The notes beneath the pieces were generated by a model, which made no database searches, was not told the DNA's origin, and was given only the letters and a program-made list of their open reading frames with translations. The translations under genes and the position numbers were made by a program. Positions 1 to 9,064 of a stretch of DNA of 64,000 bases are shown piece by piece. Each line of letters begins with the position of its first letter. Position 1 is the stretch's first letter. Origin of the DNA: an uncultured virus (IMG/VR IMGVR_UViG_3300047499_000023) (lineage: Duplodnaviria > Heunggongvirae > Uroviricota > Caudoviricetes); IMG/VR virus record IMGVR_UViG_3300047499_000023. One strand, 5' to 3'.

Positions 1-52
1 CAGCGCCTACCAATCCTTTGCGCCGCCCGGTAGGTCTCGTTTGTCGATCAAT

Positions 53-129
53 GCGCCCGTAGCTCAGTTGGATAGAGCGCCTGGCTACGAACCAGGAGGT
101 CGGGAGTTCGAATCTCTCCGGGCGCGCCA
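53..129 (+). tRNA. tRNA-Arg (anticodon ACG), prophage integration target
   Basis: GCGCCCG acceptor stem pairing with CGGGCGC, D-arm AGCTCAGTTGGATAGAGC, anticodon loop CT-ACG-AA, T-loop GTTCGAATC, encoded 3' CCA. Confidence 0.97.
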
Positions 130-131
130 TA

Positions 132-144
132 AATCAGTCACTTA
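132..144 (+). promoter_or_regulatory. IHF-like site in the att arm
   Basis: AATCAGTCACTTA matches WATCARNNNNTTR immediately after the tRNA CCA. Confidence 0.5.
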
Positions 145-419
145 CCGTCGGCCGGCAAGTCTGAGTTTGGAATATTCGCGTCGTTTTGGAATATCTCTGG
201 CTCCGGCGCGCGCCGTTTGTACCACTCGCCCTCGCTTTTCACGATGACGTATCGCTGGCCGCCGACGTAGAACCAGGCGATGTCGGCGTTGTGGCATTCC
301 AGCCGCGGCATGATCGGGATCGTGATGGTGTTGCCGCATCGGCATGTCACCGTCCGATCGAGATTGGGCAGATCGGGCAACGCCTCGAGCTCCGCCTGGG
401 TGAACGATTTGAAAGTCAC
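138..419 (-). CDS. hypothetical protein
   Basis: GTG start overlapping the stop of the upstream ORF (GTGA); CxC motif. Confidence 0.5.
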   Translation of the reverse strand: MTFKSFTQAELEALPDLPNLDRTVTCRCGNTITIPIMPRLECHNADIAWFYVGGQRYVIVKSEGEWYKRRAPEPEIFQNDANIPNSDLPADGK

Positions 420-595
420 TTCGGCGGCTCCGGCAGGGCGTCGCTGACAGGCCATCCCCGAAAATTTATCTCATTGCCGAGCTCGCGGCAGCGATCAATC
501 GTCTTGTCGCAGTACGTTTCTGGGCCGACATAGCCGCATTGTTTGTCCTTGAAACAACACCAGCATGGGAGATAGCGGCGCGCCGGCTCGTTCAT
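416..595 (-). CDS. small Cys-rich hypothetical protein
   Basis: ATGA-coupled start MNEPARRYLPCWCC; ends LPEPPK. Confidence 0.5.
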   Translation of the reverse strand: MNEPARRYLPCWCCFKDKQCGYVGPETYCDKTIDRCRELGNEINFRGWPVSDALPEPPK

Positions 596-1089
596 TTCGG
601 CGGCTCCGGCAGCGGCATCCAATGGGTGACGTGCTCGCCAGGCGACTCGCAAAATCCGTCCCCGTCCGAGAACACCGAGGAGTATCCCTGCACCCAGTAC
701 GTGCATAGCTTTAAATCGGTTCCCCACGCCCAAATCAACACGTCCTGTTGGTCTTTCGGCAGGCCATCCTCGACCCTGATCCAGCGCGGGATCAGAAGCA
801 GCGCCGCGTTGATTGATCGCTCCATCGCCGCGCAATGCGCCATCGCCATCGAATGTTGTTCAAGCAGCGTGGCGTTCGCAGATTCCAAATGCGCTATGCG
901 TTCGTCCTTGGGGTCTATGGTCTGAATCTCGATCACTGGGTACGAAGATTCGCCGTCAAACGCGCTGTCTACAGCGACTTCGAACCGGCACCCGCAATTC
1001 GGGCAGTTGTGCCTTGCGCGCGGCGTGCGCCAGCCCTCGTCGACGGCGAGCGTCGGCTTGCTGCAATTCGGGCAATCGATGTGCGCCAT
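592..1089 (-). CDS. Zn-ribbon plus DUF551-type protein
   Basis: Two CPNC motifs; C-terminal WIRVEDGLP...VTHWMPLPEPP signature. Confidence 0.8.
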   Translation of the reverse strand: MAHIDCPNCSKPTLAVDEGWRTPRARHNCPNCGCRFEVAVDSAFDGESSYPVIEIQTIDPKDERIAHLESANATLLEQHSMAMAHCAAMERSINAALLLIPRWIRVEDGLPKDQQDVLIWAWGTDLKLCTYWVQGYSSVFSDGDGFCESPGEHVTHWMPLPEPPK

Positions 1090-2075
1090 TAGGTTCTCGG
1101 TTTCGCGCGAGTCACCCCACGCAGATAGTGCCGCTTCGTCGTCTCGACGCTCGCATGACCCAGCCGATCGCGCGCTTCCTCCGCAGTCGCCGCGCCGTCG
1201 GCCGAGACGCTCCGAAGGTCATGGAAGCTGAATCGCACGCCGCCGGCGGCCGCATGCTTCGCCATCAGGCGCTGCCAAATCGCTGAGAACCCGTCCTCGC
1301 TGTACGGGCGGCCGTTGCGCTTGCGCAGCACGTATTCGTTCGGGATGTCGGGCTTCAAGGCCTTCGCCCGATCGGTGATCGCTTTCAAGTCCGCGCTCCA
1401 CTCGATCAAGACGCGCTTGCCGGTCTTCGATTGCGTGAACACGATGCCGGCGTCGGTGAGCTGCTCGCGCTTCAACGTCAGAAGATCCCCGCGGCGCTGG
1501 CCGGTGCTCACGGCGAGATCGATCGCCACCTGCATGCGTTCGTTGGCGATCGCGCGCACGGCGGCGACCTGGTCAATCGTCACCTGAGCGCGCTGCGCGG
1601 CGCGCGGCCCCAAGTCCAGGCCTCGAGCGGGATTCACGCTCGCCTTCCCCCAGCGGATCGCCTTGGCAAAGACGTGGCCCAACAATTGAACCTCGTGGCG
1701 CGCGGCCACCGGCACGGGCTTGCCGTCCGCGCCGCGCCGGCCGTCCTGGTACAGATAGCAGTGCCGCGCCGTGATGTTGTCGGGCAGCATCGCGCCGAAT
1801 GTGAGTTTGAGGCGATCGAGCGCTTTGGCCTGGTCGGCGCGCGTCGTCGCGGAGCGCTTGAGCGGCAGGACTTCGGCCCGGTACCGATCGATAATGTCGC
1901 CCATCGTGCGGCCCGCCCAGGAGCCGCCCACGAGCGCGCCATACTTCGCAAGCGCCTCGGCGAGATCGCGGCCGAGTTTCACCTTGGGCGCCCCCTTCGG
2001 GACGAACCAGTACGTGCCGCAGACCAGATACATGCGCTGCGGCAGATGCCGGTCAAGCCGTCTTTTGCGCCCCAT
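1089..2075 (-). CDS. int: tyrosine recombinase (phage integrase)
   Basis: TGQRRGDLL (Arg I), QSKTG, FHDLR (HxxR), LGH and terminal HYLR catalytic motifs; adjacent to tRNA. Confidence 0.95.
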   Translation of the reverse strand: MGRKRRLDRHLPQRMYLVCGTYWFVPKGAPKVKLGRDLAEALAKYGALVGGSWAGRTMGDIIDRYRAEVLPLKRSATTRADQAKALDRLKLTFGAMLPDNITARHCYLYQDGRRGADGKPVPVAARHEVQLLGHVFAKAIRWGKASVNPARGLDLGPRAAQRAQVTIDQVAAVRAIANERMQVAIDLAVSTGQRRGDLLTLKREQLTDAGIVFTQSKTGKRVLIEWSADLKAITDRAKALKPDIPNEYVLRKRNGRPYSEDGFSAIWQRLMAKHAAAGGVRFSFHDLRSVSADGAATAEEARDRLGHASVETTKRHYLRGVTRAKPRT

Positions 2076-2274
2076 TCAAAGCCTCCCAGTTAGGCTCTTG
2101 CGCGGCAGCCGCCTTGCCGCCGACATGATGCCGATTGAATTCCGCTACTGCAACCGTTGGTTGTCCCAGGGCGTTGACGGTAAACCTCCAGCCGTGATGG
2201 CGCAACCAGCGCACCTGAGCCGATGCCCGGGTGTAGCCCGTAAGTTGCTGAATTTCGGAGGCGGACAGCAGCAT
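2053..2274 (-). CDS. excisionase-like DUF4224 protein
   Basis: LS..EI..LTGY.R...Q.RWL...G pattern, ends EPNWEAL, overlaps the int start. Confidence 0.8.
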   Translation of the reverse strand: MLLSASEIQQLTGYTRASAQVRWLRHHGWRFTVNALGQPTVAVAEFNRHHVGGKAAAAQEPNWEALNGAQKTA

Positions 2275-2876
2275 CAGCGGTGCGGGAAATGGTGGAACAG
2301 GTTGATGGGCGCGGTCAGATCCGGCTCGTATTCGTACCCGTCCTCGAGCAGTTTGATCGCGAGCTCGATGTGTTCGATATTCTTGCCGACGCCCTGCACC
2401 TGCTGATTGATCGATTCAATCTGGAATCGAATCGATTCGCGGACCCTATCGATCCCCAACTTCTTGCTTTTCAGCCGCGCGAATTTCTCGGTGAGTTTCC
2501 GATAGATCCCCTCGCCCTTCGCCTTGTGCGCGAGCGCATTGGCGCGCTCCTCGCGGAGCTGCCACGCGAGCTCGACCACCATGTCATGGCTTTCGTTGCC
2601 CTCGGCCTGAAGCCACGAGATGATTCGGTCCGCGAGCATCGCCTCGGCGGCTTTGACCTCGTCGAGAATTTGCTTCTGGCCGGTCTTGTCGTAGTGCAGA
2701 CGCCGCGGCGGATCGGACAGCGTTTCGTATGCCACGTTGATCTCGGCCATCCTGGCTGCATCGCCGCCGCGGTCGGGATGCGCGCGCTTCGCCGACATTC
2801 GATACGCGCGCCGCAGTTCCTCATCGGTGGCGGTCGGCTCAACGCCGAGAATTTCGTACAGCGTTTGCTTTTTCAC
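2274..2876 (-). CDS. DnaJ (J-domain) protein
   Basis: LYEILGV...LRRAYR...AHPDRGG...INVAYETLSDP..R..YD with intact HPD, followed by coiled coil; GTG start at 2876. Confidence 0.88.
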   Translation of the reverse strand: MKKQTLYEILGVEPTATDEELRRAYRMSAKRAHPDRGGDAARMAEINVAYETLSDPPRRLHYDKTGQKQILDEVKAAEAMLADRIISWLQAEGNESHDMVVELAWQLREERANALAHKAKGEGIYRKLTEKFARLKSKKLGIDRVRESIRFQIESINQQVQGVGKNIEHIELAIKLLEDGYEYEPDLTAPINLFHHFPHR

Positions 2877-3073
2877 GGCATCCCCGGGAGCGGCATCCAG
2901 TGCGTCGCCTCGGCGGCGATCTCGGCGCCACCGTCTTCGCAATAGTGCTGGCCCTTCTTGTCGACGTAATCGCGAAAGCCGATACGCACCACCCACATGG
3001 GAGCGATGTTCCGGACGAGCAGCACGCGCTCGGCGAACGGGGGGAGCTCGTCGGCGCAGGCTCGCCAGTTCAT
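2873..3073 (-). CDS. DUF551-type protein
   Basis: MNW.ACADELP...ATHWMPLP. Confidence 0.75.
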   Translation of the reverse strand: MNWRACADELPPFAERVLLVRNIAPMWVVRIGFRDYVDKKGQHYCEDGGAEIAAEATHWMPLPGMP

Positions 3074-3750
3074 TTGCCCTCCGATTTCACATCGGCATCA
3101 GACTGTGAGCGTTGCGGACATGGTGAGCATCGGGTCTTCTCCGTCGAGTACCCGGCCGGCGGACAATCGCTGCACAGAGTAACGTCGCTCTGTACCTCAT
3201 TTCCCCAGACATCCCAATCCTCGCGCGGTGCCCGCGCAAACATCTCAAGATGCGGGCCTGGCGACATCGCCTTGACCATTGAGAAAAAGCTGGGAGGCTT
3301 GGCCGAGTGCTTCGGCTTTCCGCGCTCATCGTAGGGGCGCGGCCAGTCGAACCAATTTATCGGGATGCGGCCATTCGCCGCGAGCGTGCCGCGCCGGCAA
3401 AACAGCACGTACTCGGTTGCTAAGCCGTAACAGCCGCCGAGACCGCCGCCCATCGGAGCCTTGGCCCAAACCAGCGTGGTCGAATACTTGAACCCCCACG
3501 CCTTGACCACCTGAAATGCTTCTTCGAGATATGCGTTGATGGTCCACAGGTAAAGATGCGCGTTGTCGGCCGCAGGTACGTGCAGGGCCGAAATCTCCGC
3601 AACAGACATGGACGGGTAAGAGAGCTTGCGAGCTGCGTTATTGCGCACGCCGAAGGGCTGCGAGCCATCCTTGCCGCGCACATAATCGCCGATGGTGCGG
3701 CCTGCAGCGACCTTCCAAGGCGGGTCAGCGACGATGGTGGCGTATTTCAA
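3070..3750 (-). CDS. MT-A70 family adenine methyltransferase
   Basis: IVADPPW, YPSMS, HLYLW, WGFKY..TLVWAK, HSAKP, LEMFAR, WDVWGNE. Confidence 0.92.
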   Translation of the reverse strand: MKYATIVADPPWKVAAGRTIGDYVRGKDGSQPFGVRNNAARKLSYPSMSVAEISALHVPAADNAHLYLWTINAYLEEAFQVVKAWGFKYSTTLVWAKAPMGGGLGGCYGLATEYVLFCRRGTLAANGRIPINWFDWPRPYDERGKPKHSAKPPSFFSMVKAMSPGPHLEMFARAPREDWDVWGNEVQSDVTLCSDCPPAGYSTEKTRCSPCPQRSQSDADVKSEGK

Positions 3751-4226
3751 GACTCCACTCCTCCGCTGTTACCGAAGTCGTAGCCCAAATCCTTCCTGCA
3801 GCGATGGCACCAATAGGTGCCGTCGAGTCGCTGCCTGACAAATTGGCTGGGGTGCGTGCAAGGCTGGGAATATCCACCCTGGATCTCCGCAATAAGCCGC
3901 TGCAGCCCGCGGCGCTTCTGCTTGCTGTTCCGCTTCCGATAGAGCCCATTCGACGGCCAGAAGTCGTATCGGCCGTCATGCACGATCAGATGCGCGCCAT
4001 CGTTTTTCGACACGAACTGGATCCGCGCGGCCATCAGCGCCGTCACGGCCGCGTCGCGATTCGCCGCGCGTCGCTCCTGGTCGGCTTTGCGGATGGCGGC
4101 CCAGTCCTCGGTGTCGAGCGATGTTTCCTTCACTCTTCGCTCCAATTGGCTAGCCTTCGAATGGTCGGCCAGAAAATGAGCCGCAAAAATAACGGGAACA
4201 GCAACCAGCCGATCAAAAATCCCCAT
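3747..4226 (-). CDS. hypothetical phage protein
   Basis: Coupled ORF in the early operon; N.GAHLIV...YDFWPS.G motif, C-terminal CxxC. Confidence 0.65.
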   Translation of the reverse strand: MGIFDRLVAVPVIFAAHFLADHSKASQLERRVKETSLDTEDWAAIRKADQERRAANRDAAVTALMAARIQFVSKNDGAHLIVHDGRYDFWPSNGLYRKRNSKQKRRGLQRLIAEIQGGYSQPCTHPSQFVRQRLDGTYWCHRCRKDLGYDFGNSGGVES

Positions 4227-4239
4227 AAAAACGGATGTT

Positions 4240-5952
4240 TCACGGCATCACGTACCGGGTGAGCTGCACCATCCCGGGCTTGGGATAGTCGATCGCGCCG
4301 AGCGTGCGCAGCGCGCCGAGGTTGTTCGTGAACGAACTGCTCGAGGAAGACACGTCGATTTCATCAGCGAGAAAATCCTTGCTGATCGGCTGCGCGTGAT
4401 ACTTGACCAACGTCTCCAAGATCGCGCGCTGCGGTCGCGTCACGATGTCGAACCAATGCTCGTGGATCGGCTTGCCGTCGGCCGCCGGCGGCGCCGCGGC
4501 ACGCTCACCCTTCTCGGTGAGCGCCACCATACCGCCGCTCGGATACTCGACGTATCCGGCAGAGCGCAGCGCGCCGAGGTTGTTCGTGTACGAGCTCGAG
4601 GACGGGCTCACGTCGCACACCGCGGCGAGCGTCGCCTTGGGCGCCGGCCATATATTCCGATTCGCCAGAAATCGAAGCGAGTCGATGATCTTCTGTTGCG
4701 GGCGGGTGAGATCCGACGCGGGCGCGGCGGGCGTCGCTCGCTCCGTGACCGGCCCTGTGGCGCGCAGCCTGTCGACCGCGTCCTTGCTGAATTTGTCGCT
4801 GAAGATGCGCCCATCGGCCGGCGCATCTTGGGAACGCGGCGGCGGCTCGATCGAAAACACCGGCGGGCGCGGCATGTCCTTCGCCCAGTGCTCGAGGGAA
4901 CTGTAATAGACCTCAAGCTGGTCGACGACGTGCTGCTGGCCGCCCAGGAAGCCAGCGCTATACCCATCCCGCTGCGCCTGGTTGAGCGCTTCAGGGTTTT
5001 GCTGTGTGGGCTTCGCCGCGACCTGGCGCTCGAGCTCGGCGATCCGCTTCTTGAGGAGCGCCGGGTCATTGGCCTCCGCATCCTTGACCGCCGCGCCGAT
5101 GATCGATCGAAGTTTCTCCGCATCGACGGGCGCCGTCTTGACCTGATCCACCGCCTGATCGCCGGTCGGCGTCGCGGTGTTGTCGTAGGTCGTGATCCGC
5201 GGGAACTCGACGAGCTCAAACAGTTTGGCCTCACCGGACGCGAGCCACCCGCTTCCCGTCCGGATGTTGGAGAGCGTGTCGGCCACCTGGTTCGCCGCAT
5301 CCTTCCCGGCGTTCGCCCGCATCCATTTGATCACGGGCTCCTGGTCGGCCGGGGCGGTCATGCGATGGGCAATCACGGTGTCGCAACTGCCGATCATGGC
5401 GTTATGCAGCGCCTGCGTGCGCTGGGTCGCGACGATCAGGCGGATGCCTTTCGTGCGCGTGCCGGTCGCGAGTTTTTTTGCCCAGTGAATCGACATGTTC
5501 TCGGCGCCGATGCCGCTCCGCTCTTTCGGCGCGAATTCGTGCGCCTCCTCGATCACGAGATAGAGCACGCCCCGATTGCGCTTGAAGATCGTCTCGGCAA
5601 AGTCCACGAAGAACCGCTGCAGGCCTCCCGCTTCGAACTCCGCCATGTCGATGATCGAGAGCGGGAGCGATCCGCTCGCGACGACATCGCCGATCGCCTT
5701 GCCGGCGGACGAGTGCAGGGGCACATGTCCATGCGGTCCGCCGAGGATCACGAAGGGGAGGCCGGGCCGCTTGCCGTCCGCGCTCGAGATCAGGCCCCAC
5801 CAGTCGGACTTGATCGGATCGAGAATGCAGACGCGCGAGCCCGCGGCGACGACCTGTTCGATCATCAGCTTGGCGGTCGACGTCTTGCCAGACCCGGTCT
5901 TGCCGAGGACGGACGTGTGCTGCGCCAGCACGCCGGCGGGAAACTTAAACAC
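4240..5952 (-). CDS. HerA/FtsK-like (DUF87) ATPase with tandem C-terminal winged-helix-like repeats
   Basis: Walker A GKTGSGKT, CILDP, Walker B LVIEEAHEFAP, GIRLIVATQR; two copies of TRPQ..I...SSSS.TNNLGALR; GTG start 5952. Confidence 0.85.
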   Translation of the reverse strand: MFKFPAGVLAQHTSVLGKTGSGKTSTAKLMIEQVVAAGSRVCILDPIKSDWWGLISSADGKRPGLPFVILGGPHGHVPLHSSAGKAIGDVVASGSLPLSIIDMAEFEAGGLQRFFVDFAETIFKRNRGVLYLVIEEAHEFAPKERSGIGAENMSIHWAKKLATGTRTKGIRLIVATQRTQALHNAMIGSCDTVIAHRMTAPADQEPVIKWMRANAGKDAANQVADTLSNIRTGSGWLASGEAKLFELVEFPRITTYDNTATPTGDQAVDQVKTAPVDAEKLRSIIGAAVKDAEANDPALLKKRIAELERQVAAKPTQQNPEALNQAQRDGYSAGFLGGQQHVVDQLEVYYSSLEHWAKDMPRPPVFSIEPPPRSQDAPADGRIFSDKFSKDAVDRLRATGPVTERATPAAPASDLTRPQQKIIDSLRFLANRNIWPAPKATLAAVCDVSPSSSSYTNNLGALRSAGYVEYPSGGMVALTEKGERAAAPPAADGKPIHEHWFDIVTRPQRAILETLVKYHAQPISKDFLADEIDVSSSSSSFTNNLGALRTLGAIDYPKPGMVQLTRYVMP

Positions 5953-6220
5953 TGGACATCTCCTTGTTGATGTTATCGATCCGTGGAATCGCCTCGGCCA
6001 TGTACCGATTCGCCTGCACGAGCTTGAGAAGCGTCTCCTTTTCGCGCACCAGGCGCTGGCAGTGGTCGGTGAGCACGACGAGGATCTCCGTGCGCTTGAG
6101 CAGCCGGTCGATGTCCGCGCGCATCTCGATTTGATTCTGCGCAAGCTGCAATTGCTGCCGATAAAGCCGGTTGAACAGCATGACGGTCGTCGGCTTCCGA
6201 TGGCGATTCTTGCCGGGCAT
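5945..6220 (-). CDS. hypothetical coiled-coil protein
   Basis: Coupled ORF starting MPGKNRHRKP. Confidence 0.55.
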   Translation of the reverse strand: MPGKNRHRKPTTVMLFNRLYRQQLQLAQNQIEMRADIDRLLKRTEILVVLTDHCQRLVREKETLLKLVQANRYMAEAIPRIDNINKEMSSV

Positions 6221-6444
6221 CAACGCGGCTTCCGGTGCTGCGCGCTGTCTGGGCATGTCGCGAAATGGCTGACGTGCCGCGGCGGATCGTACTCGTCGTC
6301 TTCGGGCTCGGCCGTATCGGCATCAATGGGGATGTTCCGGCCGGCCTCGGTCTTGAACCAAATGATGCGGGCCCGACAGGTGCGGCAACGCGTGATCCGC
6401 CGTTCGTGAGCCTCGGTCGTGTCGTCGGGATCCTCGAAGCTCAC
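6220..6444 (-). CDS. small Zn-binding phage protein
   Basis: CRTC..IIWFKT..G..IPID...HFATC. Confidence 0.7.
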   Translation of the reverse strand: MSFEDPDDTTEAHERRITRCRTCRARIIWFKTEAGRNIPIDADTAEPEDDEYDPPRHVSHFATCPDSAQHRKPR

Positions 6445-6692
6445 GCGGCCTCCCGTTCTTTGATCTCCGGGGCATCGGTCGCATCCGCCGGCCGGCCGTC
6501 GATCTTTTTCAGATGCTGCCCGAGGAAGCATTTGCCGCCGTCGATGCGCACGGAGTAGACCGCGTTGCCGGTGAGCGCGATGTTGATCGCCGACGTGAAG
6601 CAGTCGCATGCCGATTCGACCGCGCCGACCTGGCCGAAATACCGGCTCTTCTCGTAGACCACCTGCACGATGTCGCCGCGCTGGAAGCTCAT
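6441..6692 (-). CDS. KOW/SH3-like hypothetical protein
   Basis: FQRGDIVQVV...YFGQVGAV. Confidence 0.6.
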   Translation of the reverse strand: MSFQRGDIVQVVYEKSRYFGQVGAVESACDCFTSAINIALTGNAVYSVRIDGGKCFLGQHLKKIDGRPADATDAPEIKEREAA

Positions 6693-6946
6693 TGGAACTG
6701 ACTCGGACGGCCGTCGCTGAAATGCACTAGATTTACGCGCGGCAAAATCTGGCCTTTTCGCACGGGTGGCAGCGATGGGTGTTGCACTCGCAGATACACA
6801 AGATCCGGCCGATACGGATCGACGTTGATCGATTCAATGACGGTGCCTGGCGGCATCTTGAGAAACTCCGCCATCAATTCGAGTGACACCGGCACGACCC
6901 CCATATGTTTCACATCCTCTTCCGGCTCGATATTTGGCTGGATCAA
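6689..6946 (-). CDS. hypothetical protein (start uncertain)
   Basis: Coupled ORF in the early operon. Confidence 0.5.
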   Translation of the reverse strand: MIQPNIEPEEDVKHMGVVPVSLELMAEFLKMPPGTVIESINVDPYRPDLVYLRVQHPSLPPVRKGQILPRVNLVHFSDGRPSQFQ

Positions 6947-7152
6947 TGGCAAGTCCCCTCTGTTGTGGTTTCCCTGATTTCCGTGGCGCCTAGCCATCCA
7001 ATCTCGGCATTGGCGTAGGCACCACCGCGCGCCCATTCGCTTCCCGTCGCGCCGGGCGGCCAGGGCGGATTGGCGCGCGGATGATGGATGGCGTGCAAAT
7101 ACCCCCGGCCCCAGGCCTCGTTGAGCGCATGCAGGCGTTTGTCATCGAACAT
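6943..7152 (-). CDS. hypothetical protein
   Basis: MFDDKRLH...AWGRGY...NPPW...EWARG; fills the operon. Confidence 0.5.
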   Translation of the reverse strand: MFDDKRLHALNEAWGRGYLHAIHHPRANPPWPPGATGSEWARGGAYANAEIGWLGATEIRETTTEGTCH

Positions 7153-7376
7153 CACAGCGGTTTTGATCCCACCGCATGCGGTCCAACGGGCATCTCCGCC
7201 CACGCGACGACCTGGCCTTCGTCGTACGTCACGGCGTTGTCCGCGACCCACGATTCGCCGTCATGAAAGCCAAGCCACACCGGATCGCTGCAGGAGGGCG
7301 CGTACACGAGTACGGTCAACTCCGAGTCCGGGAGCGAATCGTGCGCGGAATGCCAGGTGATGGTCTCGTTAATCAT
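7152..7376 (-). CDS. DUF551-like protein
   Basis: ITWH....LPD....VL...W.G..D...W...VVAWAEMP. Confidence 0.65.
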   Translation of the reverse strand: MINETITWHSAHDSLPDSELTVLVYAPSCSDPVWLGFHDGESWVADNAVTYDEGQVVAWAEMPVGPHAVGSKPL

Positions 7377-7798
7377 GGCGTGCCCGCCAATCCGCAGAAC
7401 CCCAGCCGTCGTTTCTCCCAGGCCGCGTCGGATTCGATCCATCTGGCATAAGTGCCCTCGGCTGTATCGTACGGCTGCCAAACCCAATCGATCGGCACGT
7501 CGGTTGGGCGGGCGGGCTCCTCGATTGCATGAGGCGAATTCGAGCAACGCCAGTAACCGCGGTTCGGCATCGCCTGGTAGTTCCAGCGCCAGGCCATGCA
7601 ACGCTGGCCGATGCACATCGTATCGTCGCGTTGCTCGGTGACGTACTGCAAATCTCGAACATCGCCGGTGCGAGTCGCTTCCGAATCCGCGAAGCGCAGC
7701 ATGGCGCTCGAGGGACGGTTGCCGACGTGGCTCCCGAGAAACGCAACCCGCGTAAACGGGCACCACTTCGCCTGCGCTTCTGATTCGGTGAGATTCAT
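7373..7798 (-). CDS. hypothetical phage protein
   Basis: TE.EA..KWCPF...CIG..CMAWRW...GFCGLAG motif. Confidence 0.7.
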   Translation of the reverse strand: MNLTESEAQAKWCPFTRVAFLGSHVGNRPSSAMLRFADSEATRTGDVRDLQYVTEQRDDTMCIGQRCMAWRWNYQAMPNRGYWRCSNSPHAIEEPARPTDVPIDWVWQPYDTAEGTYARWIESDAAWEKRRLGFCGLAGTP

Positions 7799-8490
7799 GC
7801 CCGGCCCGCTCCGATCTGCGTCTCCTGCCACACGCGCACGCCCTCGCCAATCACCGACGGTGCTTGCTCTCCCAGCGCGAGGACGGTCTTCCGGATCGCG
7901 ACCTCATTCGGCTCCATGAAGGGCGCGTTGATTTTCGATTTGTCGGTGACTTCGAAGCGCCAGACTTTCGATGTCGTGATGCCGGCGGCCTTCGGCGCCT
8001 CGCGCTGCACGATCGGCGCGACGACGGCCTGGGCGCGCTCGCGGAATTCGTCTGCTTTGTTCTCGCGGCCCTTCGTTTCATTGCGCTCCGCTGCTTGCAG
8101 GAGGCGCGTGCGCTCCGCCTCGGCCGCCTCGTCGAGACGCCGCTGCTCGGCGCGACGCTTCTCCTCCTCGGCGTCGATGTAGGCCCGCATGGCGGCCTTG
8201 ATGGCGCGCTCGCTCTCGACGAGCGGCTCCGCGGCGAGTTTCGCCTGGGCGTTGATCGCGCGGAGGCCTTCGTTGATCGGCTTCGTGATTTTCACGCGGG
8301 CCGCCTCGATGTTGTCCTGCTCGCGCTTGATCGCCTTGAGCGCGTTGGCCGCTTTTTCGTAGCCCTCCTTGCTCTTGATGGCGAGGCCGTTCGCGAACGT
8401 TCGAATGCGCTCGACGGTCGGCGCGATGGCGATAATCGCCGGGTCTTTGAGAAGATTCGGCGTGGCCGATTCAGGCTGCGTGGCTAACAC
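7795..8490 (-). CDS. coiled-coil phage protein next to the recombination genes
   Basis: R..ITKP...IN, long Glu/Arg/Ala helix, W.FEV.D, G+RV.QE C-terminus. Confidence 0.7.
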   Translation of the reverse strand: MLATQPESATPNLLKDPAIIAIAPTVERIRTFANGLAIKSKEGYEKAANALKAIKREQDNIEAARVKITKPINEGLRAINAQAKLAAEPLVESERAIKAAMRAYIDAEEEKRRAEQRRLDEAAEAERTRLLQAAERNETKGRENKADEFRERAQAVVAPIVQREAPKAAGITTSKVWRFEVTDKSKINAPFMEPNEVAIRKTVLALGEQAPSVIGEGVRVWQETQIGAGRA

Positions 8491-9064
8491 TCTGTACTCC
8501 CTTGGAGCGGCTCAGAAACCGCGTGATGTTTAGGCACGACAGGAAAATGCTCCAGTCGGCCGGGTTGGTCTGTTCGATAAAACGATAGTTGTTCGGCAGT
8601 AGCTGCAGCACCGCGCGATGCCGCGGCCGTTCATCCTTCGGGAGCGCCTCCCGATAGGCGGCGGTCTGCGGACCCGCAGAGCGGGGGACCGCCCCTGATT
8701 TCAGATCGAGGAGCCAGGCCGAGCGCTTCCAGAAAATGCGACGATCGAGCGTGCCGGCGTAGGCCAGTTCCGCGTGATAGACCTGTTGCTCGCTCGAGAT
8801 CACCGTGCATCGGGTCTCCTCGAGGAAGCGCTTCCAGCCATTGAGATACGGAACGAGCGCCGGGTCGAGCTCGGCCTCGTCCAACATGTCGCGATCGTAG
8901 AGATCGGTCGCGGTATGAACGTGCGTGCCGAAACGCCGCGCCGCCTCGAGCACGTCAGGCGGCACCCGATCGAAATTGTCGATCGGCCGCAGCGCCTGCG
9001 TGACCGAGGGGACGATCACGCCGGCGACGCGGTAGGTGTGAGTTTCGGCGTCGAAATCGATCAC
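8471..9064 (-). CDS. PD-(D/E)xK exonuclease
   Basis: FD.ETH.Y, PSVTQ, GT.VH, YAGTLD, LLDLKSG, QTAAY; near Bet. Confidence 0.85.
   Translation of the reverse strand: MIDFDAETHTYRVAGVIVPSVTQALRPIDNFDRVPPDVLEAARRFGTHVHTATDLYDRDMLDEAELDPALVPYLNGWKRFLEETRCTVISSEQQVYHAELAYAGTLDRRIFWKRSAWLLDLKSGAVPRSAGPQTAAYREALPKDERPRHRAVLQLLPNNYRFIEQTNPADWSIFLSCLNITRFLSRSKGVQSVSHAA

Noticed and set aside
41..247. ORF overlapping the tRNA
   Set aside because: Translation of the tRNA sequence, not a plausible protein
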